Positions 13,117 through 25,889 of a stretch of 64,000 bases of DNA are shown here, one piece after another. Origin of the DNA: Convolutriloba macropyga (lineage: Eukaryota); NCBI RefSeq assembly GCF_964194025.1, contig NC_134469.1:42532001-42596000 (forward strand), read 5' to 3'. Both the position numbers and the translations under genes were made by a program. Each line of letters opens with the position of its first letter. The first letter of the stretch is position 1. Under the pieces are notes generated by a model. It ran no database searches. It saw only the letters and a list, made by a program, of their open reading frames with translations, and had not been told where the DNA came from.

Positions 13117-14196
13117 ACGAAGACTGTAGGGAAGCAGAAAGGGAAGTCTTATTGAAGGTCAAAAATATCTTTGAAAGATTTTCCCATCTTTCAGCTTTGA
13201 TATAATTTCTGAATTCTTCATGCTCAACTCAACGATAACTTCAAATTGTATATGTGTCAGTAAATTGTAAAAAGTGCATCATGTGTCAAACGCCTTAATT
13301 ATTGACTTTTGTTGTAAAATTATTGATAACTTCTTTTTAAAATACACGTATTCGCGTTGTCTGATTATGGTTTAAATGTAATTGAACGTGTTTCTTTCAG
13401 AACATACGGTTATGCATCTGTCTTGTTTTGAACGACTCTTTGGGGTTCATTTCGAAATTCGGTATGTTATGATATCAATTTGCAGTTAAGTTACCTTTTT
13501 TTTGCTATCAAATGTCAGTGTTACGTCAGAAAAATAGTTCTTGTTTACATAATATAATTGGAATTTTTTTTAAAAAAAATTGACTTCGCTCTTGTTAATT
13601 GCTTTTTGTTTTCCTTAATTGTCGCCTGCTAACAATGCTTGAACTTCTCTTAATTGGCGATTTCAAAATTTGAACAATCCAATTGGTTTACATTATGTCT
13701 CCGGTGAATTTCCCAGTGGCAGTCTTAGCAGCTTTAACAAACGACTGTATTATCTTCAGTCTGTTTTTCTACAGTAAATTTTAATCCCCTTGTATGGCCC
13801 GCGAGCATGCTAATTTGTATTTATATGCCAGTCAAGGGGGGGGGGGTGCGAAGTAAAATGCTATTAAAAGAAAATGTCATTTTTTCTGACGAAAGTAATC
13901 AGAAAATGCCTGAAGTTGAAATGATGCACTTTTAATACTGAACTAGTTTCATTGTTGGGATTTTCACCTTTGTGTATTGATCCCACTAACTTAACATGGG
14001 ACCAGATCAATCATGGAACAGAGTAAGGAAACTCACGGAGTCTCATCACAAACTGGTGTCTTCACTTTTGCGCGTAACAGAAAGGTTCCACAGTGCCATG
14101 ACAAACCAAAGCCCGCGAACTTTAATTATTCTCCAGCAACTTCTTGCATGAAAACTGTATTCGAGGTACAGTTTACAAATGCGTTTTATTCAAGTA

Positions 14197-14752
14197 CCCG
14201 GGTCGAGTTTTGGTCAAAAAATAATGTAATATTAACGGTGAATAGCGGTGAAAAAACTTTCTTCACCGCAAAGCGCCCGCATCTTTTAGCGTTGAATGCG
14301 GTGAATTTTTGCGGTTTTTAGCGGTGAAAATTTTTTTCTCACCTCATTCACCTGATTTCTTACAAAAAAACTGGCGTCCAAGGGTTCGAACCTCTCACCT
14401 CCTGCATGTCAACAATTTCTTATTCGACTGCTCCATCTGTCACTTACTTCACAGTTTCCTGTGAATTTAAGATAAGCGTTGAAATTAGCGCGGTTAATAT
14501 TTGTAAGATTTGCGGTGAAAATTTTTTTCACCGCATTCTGCTGGTAGCGCTGAAAAAGCTTTTTTCACCGCATTCTGCTGGTAACGGTGAAAAATTTTCT
14601 TTCAAAGCTTAAGCGGTGAAATAAAAAATACACGGTTTAAAAGTTTTTTTCACCGCATTCATCGCATTCAATGCAAATCTTACACTTTTACTCAATGTCA
14701 CCGCAAATCTTACATATTTTAGGGATTTTTAGCGGTGACACCTCGACGCGGG
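14197..14752 (-). mobile_element. CACTA/EnSpm-like non-autonomous element (short subfamily) with tRNA-like cassette
   Basis: TIRs CCCGGGTCGAG...CTCGACGCGGG, flanks TA/TC, many GCGGTGAA/TTCACCGC repeats. Reverse-orientation homologue of 27209-27727. Confidence 0.8.
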
Positions 14753-16586
14753 TCTGAGGTCTGATGGCTCATGGTCCGTGGGGTCCATGGTCCAGACCAG
14801 ACAGAATTCGATGAAACTTGGCCAGGCCAAACAGACCGCCGCACCAAAAAGATTCTAGGCAAGGCCTAAGGTCAGCATTGGTCAGAATGAAACGACCTAT
14901 AGCAGTGTTTTGATAGCTGAGACTAACGGTGACCATGATCATACATAAACTAAGACATAGATGATAAACTAGATAGTGGCGGCTCAAAGTCACCGTCGAT
15001 ACTTACTAATTATATGTAATTTAGATAATTTAGATAGCTTTATTCGCGTGGTTACACTGACTCTTCTTTGTAACCGGAACTCTATTTGTAAAAGCAGAAC
15101 TAGGAATTTGATTATTTTTTTTTAAATTGCACAAAATATTAGAAATGTTGAAAGAAGTTTTTATCACATATTTTTATCTGTATAGTTTATCTGTTTGTCC
15201 ATTTTCTTAATCCAACATGTTAATTCAAAATTTCATATTCATAACAAAACAATTTGGTTAAACGCTTACATTTTAATAACTTTTTATAAACGTATGAACA
15301 AATGGTCCTTAAATTACTATTAGAAATAATATCTAAAACCTTGTTTTTGCTTGCCTATTGGAACACGTTCAAGTTGAACACGTTTCATTTTGAGATTTAA
15401 ATTCTCTTTGAGTTTTTTGTTTCTTCTTTCAAGATTTTTATTGACAGTTTGTTCTACTTTCTCTTCATTCATATTGACACATATTATTCGGAAAAAGCTG
15501 GAAAGTTCGGGAATTTTTTCTCATCTCATTTTTTCCAAACAGGTTTCTTAAACAAGTTTTTTCGGATATTTGACGGCTGTGTTTATAATGCTTAACTAGG
15601 TCAAAAAATTTGAAATTTGGATTTTGAAAAACTCTGCAGGTAAAGTTTTTTCTCTTAACAGACGATCTCTTGCTCTTTCTTTCTTTTTGCGCATATGACA
15701 AACCGTAATACTCCAAATAGTTTTTCTATTTTTTCTCTGAAGTGATGAAGCTGGCAAAGATTGGAGAAAATTGAACAGATTTTGAATTGTGTCCAGACCT
15801 GTGATTTAAACAGTCCCTACTTTTACCGTCCTTACTTTTAGTGGAGTTAGATGACCTAATAAGTAAATTGATCTAATTGCCGTCGCCAATTTGGCAATAC
15901 TTTATTTAGCTCATCAAATTTCAATTTATTGTCAATCTGTCAACCCAGGTAATGACAACTGATCTTTATTTTGTCATATTTCCATTATAATGAATTTCCT
16001 CAATGTAAAAATGATATTTTGTGTAAAAACATGAAGCTCTGTTTTTTCTCTATTTATTGTTATCATATTGTGTTTCATATGATTATGGGTTTTTTTTCGA
16101 ACATACTCTAGGTTTATGTTAGAAAGCCTTTATCTGTTTTGGAGTGAGATATGATATGTGTCATCTGCGAATTTTAAAATTTCTTAGCTTTTCATTTTTG
16201 TCGAGAACTCGTTTATTTACAGCATGAAAATCGTAAATTAATTGTTTTGAAACATTTCAAAGAAGAAAGGTTTCAATGCAGTTCTAAGGGACATGAATCT
16301 ACAGAATTGATATCCAATCAGATAGACAGTTTAGTTTGGTAGGTAGTCTTATTCATATCAATGACATTAACACCATTTATTTGGTCTAGTCGGCTGTGTT
16401 CGGTTTCTTTGGTTTGGGTTAAGCCCAAACTTTAGTCGAATTTTGGAGTCACCTCTGATATCATAAATTATCCATCCTTTACGCTGATCTTTCTTTTAGC
16501 TACTCTGTTGTTGAGCCATGCTGTTAAGTTAAGCTCTGTCAATGAGTTTTTGAGACACAAATGTTTTCATCTAACTCCCAGTTGTC

Positions 16587-16645
16587 ACAAGGATGCTCAC
16601 TAAAATGCGTTCACCGATAAGGCTCTGATCCCCCTCTCCATCCGC
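16587..16645 (-). mobile_element. Degenerate HINE-like 3' terminus
   Basis: ACAAGGATGCTC...TGCGTTCAC...TCTGATCCCCCTCTCCATCC resembles 3332-3387. Confidence 0.4.
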
Positions 16646-17216
16646 ATAAAAACTATTTTTCACAAGCAAATGTACAAAAGCAGATTCTGAAATCCTGTTT
16701 TCTGTGTAAAATTAAAACTTCAAAACATAATAACCTCAAAATTATTAAAATAAGAAAATTAATGCACGTCTTTGGCATAAATTGAAGAGAGTGCATATAT
16801 TATGTACTTTATAACTTCTCGATGTATTAGGGATTTTTCAAAAAAAATAAGTTTCTGTTTTGAAAATGAATGCAAACATTTTGGAAGAAATCTACTAAAT
16901 ACTCATGCAAAAATATCTGCTTCATGATAGTTGATAGATGACTGACGGGATTAATGAAAGAGAATCTTTAGCAGAGAAAAGAAAGAGAATCTTTAGGAGA
17001 GAAAATTACAACTATTTTCCATCACCGCTCACGAAAACATTTGTGCAGCATTTTTTATCATCATTTACAATGAAATACACGAGCCTGAAAAGATACCATT
17101 CAAAATCGATCATTTTCTAACAAAAAGATTTAGTGTTCCAAAGATTCTCGTTTCGATTTCTATGAATTAGGTAGATATCAGAAAATCAATGTATAGTTTT
17201 AAGGTCTATAGCAGTA

Positions 17217-18203
17217 CCGGGCACGTCTAAATGCAAGTCTTATATTAATACTACTTCAGAGTTCTGATCTTGTCACTTTTTGCGTTTTAAGCTTAAATGC
17301 AAGTCTTGGCCAAGACGTGCAAGCATAAAAGCAATTCTCGGCCAAGACGTGCAAGTCTCAATGCAAGTCTCAATGCGTCTCGGGAAAGACATGTAAGTCT
17401 AACCTCACGTCTTCGCAGAGACTTGTATTTAAACTTGCACGTCTTAGCCAAGACTTGGTGAAAATCTTGTCGTGCATGACTTGAACTTCTTGGTCGAGTT
17501 TTGTCGACTAAAAACGCCAAAAAAGCCAATTACCATCAAAAAATAACCGGGAAAACGTCTAAAATGGATGAAAATCTTCGAAACAGCCGAGAAAAAAAAT
17601 CAAAACGTCAAAAATAGTCGATAAACCTTGAAAACGACAAAACGTTGAAAGATCGTCAAGATAAAAAATTGATGTGACTAGAATCTCAGGGCCGCCACCA
17701 TTTGTTTGGGCTGAGTTTTAGCTTTACTTTGAGGACCATTTATGGGTCGGTTTTTGGGGATTAATTTGGGTCTGGGTAATGAGACCACTCAGGGTAGCTC
17801 AAATTAGGGCTGCCCGTGGAACTAGGGGCACACTTACAGCCCCTCTCTTGACACTTTGTCCTGTAGTAGGCCAAGGAATTTCGAATTGGCACAATCTGGG
17901 CCAAACAGACCTCCGGGGCGCTAATTTACGGTTTGGCATGCACCGCGCGTCAGTTTATAGCACCTGGGATAAATGGCTAAAATAAATGCTGATATCGTTG
18001 CCCGTTACAAAATTTTCTGTAATTCGAAATTTACTAAAAAATTTACTTAAGGAAAATACTAGAAAATTTTCTAAAATTTTATATTGACTCAGGAATCCAT
18101 TTGCAAGAGTTGCACAAGTCTTTGCGAAGACTCGTAAGTCTTACCGAGTTGATTTTTGACAGTGGTCATATATTCATGCAGACTTGCATTTAGACTGGTT
18201 CAG
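17217..18203. mobile_element. Tc1/mariner-like MITE with internal ~31-bp repeats
   Basis: TA|CCGGGCACGTCTAAATGCAAGTC ... GACTTGCATTTAGACTGGTTCAG|TA. Internal AATGCAAGTCTTGGCCAAGACGTGC repeats. Homologue at 54633. Contains an unrelated GC-rich segment at ~17690-17970. Confidence 0.65.
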
Positions 18204-19060
18204 TACTCACCTTGACTTGGAGTTCAGTCTGGATAATATGGACTCATTTTTTGACTCATTTCTTTGGGGTTTCAAAGAAGTTGAGATGAATTAGTATCAA
18301 AATAAAAAAAAACTCAACAACTCTGAGAAATGTAATAGCTCTCAGGAATGGTTTGACCTGCAGCTTTTTGTTTGACAAAATTTCAAATTGTTGACCAAAT
18401 TTCAAATTCAATAAATGGTGAATATCACTGAAATCAGAAATGAGACCGTTATAACTTTAAAAAAACTGAAATATGAAAAGGCTTCCAATTAAAAAAATTA
18501 TGGACTTCTTGGGTTGTTAGGCACATTCGTTTAAACAAAAACAATGACGACCAATATTGAAAAAACAAAAATGTCCTTTTTATTTAGGTCTCTCTTCTCT
18601 CGAATGTTTGACTGGAGTTCCGATAGTCGGAATTGATAGTTCCGACAAAATTGAATTAGTAATTTTAACTTTTTGCCTGTTAGCAAAATAATGACTTTAT
18701 AAACATTAATGATTGCTTCTCAAATGTATTTTTTCAGTCTATTTTTAACTGAAATGCGTAAAAGGTAAAAAAAAATATGATTAATTGATGCTATGAAGCT
18801 AAGTAATTTGATACACAGATGACATAACCAAAATATCTTTGATCAAAAAAAGCTTTTTGCTTCCTAATTGATCGTTTACGACAGAACGGCGCCATTAGCA
18901 GTTAGCTGTGGAGTTTCATCTTTCTATTTTTTCTTCTATTAAATGAAATCGAATTCATTCCGTTATTTATCAAACCGAAGCACTCAACGGAAGTTTGCCA
19001 CTTTTGGTTTTATATTTAAAATGACAACTACGAAAGAAATGTTTGAACTTTCAATTCTCA

Positions 19061-19757
19061 CCCGAGTCTAGGACATAATTCTGCGGTGAAGTTATGTAAA
19101 TTCATCACTAGAGTAAGCGGTGAACTTACAAAAAGTCACCATATTTCACCATTTAGTGTTCTTAAATGGGTTGGAAACTCTGAACTCCTGCATGTCTGCC
19201 TCTTCTTCTTCCACTGCGCCACCCCTCACTTGCTTCTTTGCTTTTTGCTTTGAATTTAAATCCAATTACTCTGTTTTCTGCAAAACCAGTGAAATTACAT
19301 ATTTTAGCGTTGAAATGTGGTGATTTTTTGTAAGTTTACCGCTTACTCAAAGGGCGAATTTACATAAATTAACCATCTAGAAAAAAGTGTTAAAAAGATG
19401 TAAGATTAAGCGGTAATGTTAGGAGGGTTAAATCTAACAATTCCTCCCTTTCTCTCCATTGCCCCATTATCTTACATCGTTTACCCCCCTAAAATTACCC
19501 CCTTGTCTTATATCATTTCGACACTTTTTTTCCATGCGGTGATGTTATTTAAGTTCACTACGAAGTTAAGCAATGAATTTATTTGATTTCATCGTACTGA
19601 CCGCTTGTATTACAAAATTTGGACGCTTTTTTTCAAAGCAAATATGTAATTGATATATGTAATTGCACCGCATTCAGAGCTTATCTTACAACATTTATCG
19701 CATTCACCGCTTATCTTACATAATTTTGCGTTGAATGGCGATTACACCTCGACCCGG
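19061..19757 (-). mobile_element. CACTA/EnSpm-like non-autonomous element (long subfamily)
   Basis: CCCGAGTCTAGG...CCTCGACCCGG, flanks CA/CA, GCGGTGAA repeats, tRNA-like cassette at 19168-19221. Reverse homologue of 55952-56820. Confidence 0.75.
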
Positions 19758-21599
19758 CACTGAATTGTTGATTTATAAAAAGTTGTACCTTCTGCATTTT
19801 CTTTCAACCATTCATATCGGATAAGCCACTAAATTAAATTATGAGAAGTGAAAATTGACCCGACGTTATTTTCTATGTTACCAAACATAGACTACACAGC
19901 TGGAATACCATAACTCACCACTAATGTAAGTTTATGATTAGGGTTTGTATTTTTCGCACTTTCATTTTTTTTTGGTCACAAACATTTTGAAAAATTAGAG
20001 AAAGGGATAAATGCATAAAAGATAAAACCCATGATCTTTTACGAAAAGATAAAATAGCAAGGAATAACTTTTAAAATCAAAAAATCTCTTGGACAAATTC
20101 GAGCGAAAAAAAGCGAGATTTAGGTTAAAAGAACCTCTTTTTTCATGTTTTTCAACTGCTATGATGAACGAGTTTTTGACGATTTTGTTCTATAGCGTAC
20201 AATCTCAATATTTTCCTTCTTCTTTATTTTTCTTTAGCTGTGATCAACACGTTCAAAAGGACTAAATTTATTAGAAAAAAAATAAATGAATAGTGTCTTC
20301 GTTATTTTTAGTAAAGTTTGATAATTATAACAACAACATTGATGGTTTAGCCCATTGACTTGACGCTTATTTCAAGCTCTCCTTTCTTTGAGTGGATGCA
20401 ATGAAACTAAGGAGCCATTTATCATTGCTTAGTTTCCCTGGGTTAGTCTAAATTTAATAAGAATTTTTCTCTTCCCTCTCATTTGTTGAGGTGAAATTAC
20501 TAAATGACATCCTGACAGTTCGTTAAGTCATGTCCGCAAGATGCGATATATCCCTTGAGTGGACTGAGTTGTAAATTTTGTTCAGCAAACCTGGGTCATA
20601 TTTGCATTTAATCAACTTTGTCACCAAAATATTCCGCTGTTGTATTTGTCTATTACAAAACACGGTGCAAAACTCGTCGTTCGATTTGTGGTTGTTGATT
20701 GTTCAAAAGTATATTTTAATAAACGCTTATAATTTTCTACACTCTCCCACACATAGCCACAATACTATAATCGAGGCAACTGTTTCAACTCTAGGAAGAT
20801 GTGGTGCGTTTAGAATAACAAAAACCAAAACGGTGAATTGAGTTACAGAACCGAGAAAACATTTTATTATGAAGACAACAAGTTTGGGAAGATTCAATCA
20901 TGTGAGAAAACTTTTAAAAAGTGCAGATTGTTACAATACAGAAAGTATTTTACGGTTAAAACAAGAGCTTTCGTGCGCATCAGAGATAAAACTGATCGAA
21001 CTGTTTTTTTTAATATTTTAATTGGCAGCATCTTTAAAAAATTGGCTTAATTCTTTGTAGAATTATTTGCCCAATTATTTTTTCCCAATAATTAGATTGT
21101 CACCAAAAATAGTCGAAAGAAGTGAAACGTGTCTGGAAAAAAGAAACTCCGCAAATTCTTTTCGTATGCCAATTATTAGATTGTTAGAAAAGTAGTTGAA
21201 AGAATTGAAAAATGTTTGGACAAGGTAAAAAGTTCAGTTCTCTTCAATCAATTGATGGCACATTGATAAGATCTGGCTAAAACTTTACGTTTCTTTAATC
21301 CACGGTTTAAAATAAAAACCAATTCAACAATAGCTGATCACTAATTTTGTAAGTATTCTCCCCTGAGGCGATTCGTCTCTCAAGTACTCAAAAACTGCCA
21401 GCTTAAATCAATTTGACCGCATTTCTTTTAGCGTTCATTTCCTTGAAATATTGATTTAAAAACGAAAGTTAATTTTGAAAAATTTTATGATCTTTTAATT
21501 TTGATTGCATGTGTCATATTGTACCAATTTGATAGTCGTTCTACTACGAATTATGTAATTCTCATTTTAGTGTTCCAACCCATCTCAGTGATGGCGGAT

Positions 21600-21670
21600 T
21601 ATATGCTCAACTGGGTTTTTTGTTCGGTCAATTTTCGGCCGATCGATATTTTTATTGCAAGAAAGCTCTT
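21600..21670 (+). mobile_element. HINE-family internal fragment
   Basis: TCGGTCAATTTTCGGCCGATCGATATTTTTATTGCA matches ~48912-48945. Confidence 0.45.
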
Positions 21671-23340
21671 CCAGAAATAAACATGGGATTGAAGAGAGTT
21701 TTTGAAATTTATTTTTTCAATTGGGCTTTCGAGGTTTAAAGCGATGTGAACACTTGACAGGTTTCAGTTGTTTTTTTTTTACATTTTTTGTATTATTGCC
21801 TAATTTTTCGTCAGTTTCGATGATACGTTAAATTTAAAGACAGAGATGTGTCGCTGAACTGTTTAGTCCCAAATGTTGGCTAATATTCCGGCTAACTATT
21901 TTGAAATTTGGCCGTTTTTCATCAAAAAATGCGCCAATTATGATTTTTAGCACAATTTGTTTATAATTGCAGGAAATGCAGCTTCGGATAATTTTGAGTT
22001 GCTCTCTCTCTTTTTTTAAAATAGTCACCTTACCTCCATTTGGTTTGTGTTGAAAACTGACCAGAATGAATTCAAATTAATGCTTTTGTTTTGACGGATT
22101 CCATTACGACTGAAAAAGGCCCAAATAAGATGTATGTTTTTTTTCAGTTGAAAACTCAATGTTTCTACGGTTACAACAATGTCTCTGGGTAAAAATTTTA
22201 AATAAATTTTTAGTTCTATTTTTTGTTGTTTTTTTGTAGTCCAATGACTTTTTCTCAACAACCGACATTTCCAATTGACGTCCGTTGGCAAAACAAGCTG
22301 ATCTATATAATAGTATCTATCTGATTATTTCGCCTTTTTTATAGAGGTAAAATGTTTTTTGGATAACTACTAGTCTTCATGGCTGCCTATGGGGGCATAA
22401 ATGGACCCATTTATTGACCTTAGTTAATGAACAATAGATTAAAAATACCTCTGCACTTTTTTGTTTTTTTTTCTACTTGGTCGCTAGTCTCCTATATCTT
22501 TTTAGTAAACAAAAAGTCCCTTATATTCAGGTTTCATTTTATGCTTCTTGACTCTGTTATTAGTTGTTTTTTAAAATATAGACAATGAAGTTTGTCGATT
22601 TTAATGTCAATTTATTTGGCAATTTGACATTGTTAATGGCAGATCTCATTGAAACCGTAAAACTGCATTACTTCATTTGTTTGAAGATTTGAGTTTTAGT
22701 CTACTTTATCATTCATACACAAATAATGAATGACAACAAGTGTGATTATTTGAAGGTTTTCTGTCTCTTCCTCATTTTGTAGTGAATTAAGTAAAAAATG
22801 TGGATGAGTGGGGTTCGAATATTATGTGTTAACACATACAACCATATACTGCAAGCGGTAAAGACACAAAAAAACATAGAAACTTGCCCTCGGTAAACAA
22901 AATTGTATCGTAATTTTTGTGAGTTCATTATGCATTTTTGAAATTTTTTGATAACAACTCGTTCTGTACTTTTATTGTAAAACCTGAACACATATGCGTT
23001 TACAGTCATTTGACATATGAATTATTTTCTAGTATAGTTGATACTTCGGTGCAGTGGACAATGTTTTTTGGATAAAACTCAGTTTTTTATTCCGACCTAA
23101 TTTGTTTCCCACCTCCTAAAAGATAGTATCTTCGGAGTTCTGGTCAAAATTAGCATATGCAAGATCTGATTATTCAAAGCAAGAAGACAATGTATCCTTT
23201 ATAAATAAGCAGTGCAATGTTTTTCTTTAAATTTCTATTAGGACACTGGGATGAAATCTTCTTCAGTCATAAAATTAATTGAAAAAAACTCATTATATTT
23301 GAACTTATATTAAATGTGAGTTGTCTTTAATACAGATATT

Positions 23341-24977
23341 AACAAGCAGGCTCGGAAAAAATATTTTCGCACTTAATTTTCTAACCCTGCTCGAGCACGT
23401 TTTGAGGCCTAAAGGTCCTCAAAATGAGGAACAGATAAACAACTTTAATTGTTGTGACAGGCGACTTGCCTTTAGTGTTCAATCGCCACCAAAAACATCA
23501 AAAACAATTCTTTTCGCTGAGTCTGCTCTAAAAATGTTGCAAAAATAAGTTTGAAGTTGGCAAATCTCAAAAAACCCATATTTTTCAGAACAATTTTTTT
23601 TGAAATCTAACGAAACTTTTTTGAAATCATGATTTTCCAAACAATCATCAGTTTTCTAACAAAAAATTGTACAATATTTTTTGCGTAGGAATTATTGAAG
23701 AAAAAACGAAAAAGGCAATTTTGTTTCAATAAATTTTATAGCGCGCAAATTTAATCCGAGTATTTTTTGATTGGCAAAATTCTAGAAATTGATCAGAAAT
23801 GGACATGCACTTGTTGCTTCTCTATCAAAACGAAAAATCTTCTAAATGTTACCGAAAAAAGCTAAAGTGAGCAAAAAGTCAATGTATCAGAAACTAACAA
23901 TAATTTTTGATACTTATCAAGTGTTACAGAAAAAACCTTATATATCAGTTGAAAGCATTATGTGGTTTTTTAGTGGCTCCATTGATACCAAATTAGACAT
24001 CATTCCGTTAGTATTTTAGGAAAACAATTTCTCGAAGCCATGAAAACCAAAAAACGCAATATTTGTTTTTCTCAAAAAACGCCATATTTGTTTGTTGAAC
24101 TTTATTTGAACATTGAAGGGAATTTTTGTAGATTCAATTTTTGTTTTGAAACAGAATTGCCTGCAACTGAGGTGAAAAAATTTCCACAATTTCTTAAAAA
24201 TTTCAGACACAATATACAATCTGAATCATTTCAGCTGCAAAAATCAACAATGAGACCGAAACTTGCATTGCTATAACTAGTCGGCTGTGAAAAACGCCTT
24301 TGGTTTTATTTATTCAGTAATATCTTCTTTGAAAAAAATAAAAATTTTTCCTTGTAAAAAATCTATGCATATTTATATAGATTTTCCTGTATATTATCGA
24401 AATATCGCAAAAATGTTTCCAAAAAATTTTTGGAAAGATTTTCCAGAAATCGGAAGTGCAATATTTCCAAATGTGAGTAATTTTTGATCGTGTCGAGCAG
24501 TTATTCTGTCTACACTACCAGTCAAACTGGACAAAGTTGAACAAATAGGCCCATTGAATGCCATTTTTTGTTTTAAAAAAAGAGAGAAAAAAACGCTGAT
24601 CTTTCAAAACAATACCGGAAAATTTCGCAAAAACAATTGGTTTAAACAAATAACCAGCACCCGTTATCTTTAAAATTAAAATCAATGATGCTATTGTTGA
24701 ATATTTCAGAATTTTTTAGACAATATTGATCAAAATTTAAGCAAAATTTCCAGAAATGTGAACTGGCAATTAGACTAACGTTCACAAAACTTTAAACCTC
24801 CGTAACTCATCAGGAAAATCAAAATTTAACAAAATCTTTTTAATTTACGTTAGACAAGCTTTCTAATGATACCACTAATAATACTGTACGATGAATGGAT
24901 CGACCTGCAAAATTGACTGAACTAAAAAAAACAGTTGAAAATATAGTTCCTCCCCCACTAAAGTGGGTCGGAACAAA
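23341..24977 (-). mobile_element. Helentron/HINE-like element with both ends recognisable (~1.64 kb)
   Basis: Left end AACAAGCAGGCTCGG...TCGCAC...CTAACCCTGCTC (degenerate hairpin end). Right end TAGTTCCTCCCCCACTAAAGTGGGTCGGAACAAA (short inverted repeat plus subTIR GGGTCGGAAC). Core CTTTCTAATGATACC at ~24860. Confidence 0.6.
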
Positions 24978-25116
24978 CAGCGTATTTTTAATCTAACCAA
25001 TTCAAATCCTTCAAATTTATTTCTTCTTCCGGAAAAGATGAACGAAAGATTTCTGATTAATTTTTTATATTGCAAATGTGAGCACAGTCATGCAATTTTT
25101 TGGTTATTGATTCGAT

Positions 25117-25268
25117 GAACCTATTCTGTTTCCCCCCCCCCAGCTTTGTGGGCTTATTTCCTTTACGCCCCTCAGGCGCACGAGCTGTTTTTTACATAGT
25201 AACGTGCTATATACGATATAATTGGTAACTGGGGGTCATAAAAAACAATGGGGAGACAGAATAGATCC
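25117..25268. mobile_element. Merlin-like MITE (diverged)
   Basis: GAACCTATTCTGTTTCCCC...GGGGAGACAGAATAGATCC TIRs. Same family as 25333, 39552 and 63664. Confidence 0.7.
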
Positions 25269-25332
25269 GACTCATTCATTAGTTATTCAGTTGGAATCAT
25301 GTTTTCTTTGAGAATCAAGACAAAGAAATATT

Positions 25333-25478
25333 TGATCTGTTCTGTTTCCCCCCGCTTAGTGGCAATATTTGTTTTATAACCCCCCGGCGCACAAGCAATA
25401 TTTTGCATAGTAACGTGCTATATAACAACACATAATTTGTGTACGGGGGTCATAAAACACGGGGGACTGAATAGATCC
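25333..25478. mobile_element. Merlin-like MITE (diverged)
   Basis: TGATCTGTTCTGTTTCCCC...GGGGGACTGAATAGATCC. Imperfect 8-bp flanks GAAATATT/GAAAACTT. Confidence 0.7.
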
Positions 25479-25889
25479 GAAAACTTTTTTTCCTAGCAAG
25501 GGGTTCCGATTAATTTTACCCAAATGTTATCTATATAAAGCTGTAAAGCTGAATTTCTTGAGAATTTCCGGGTTGCGCACCATACAAAAATCCTATGAAT
25601 TATGATGCCAGTTCAAATTATACCAAACATTGTGATGAATTTTCCTGGTCATCATACAGGGTCATTTATGATATTATGATTTCTTTGCAGCCATACAAAG
25701 ATCATAAATAGAAATTGTTTTTTCACGAAAAATAAAACAAGAAAGTCCATCACAAAAGTCCATGGATAAAACAGGAGAAGACAAAAGGCTGAAGACTTAA
25801 GAGTTTTACCAAAATTTTAATCATCAAACGTGTATCAGGGAAAGGAATTGCAAGTAGAGCCCTCAACTTCCTAATAATTTATATTTTTA

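Noticed and set aside
14825-14837. 13-mer GGCCAAACAGACC shared with 17899-17911
   Set aside because: No extendable alignment. Such matches are expected by chance in 64 kb.
14760-15040. Possible Helitron 5' end on the minus strand (ATCTAAATTACATATAAT...)
   Set aside because: Single copy, and no matching 3' hairpin/CTRR end was found.
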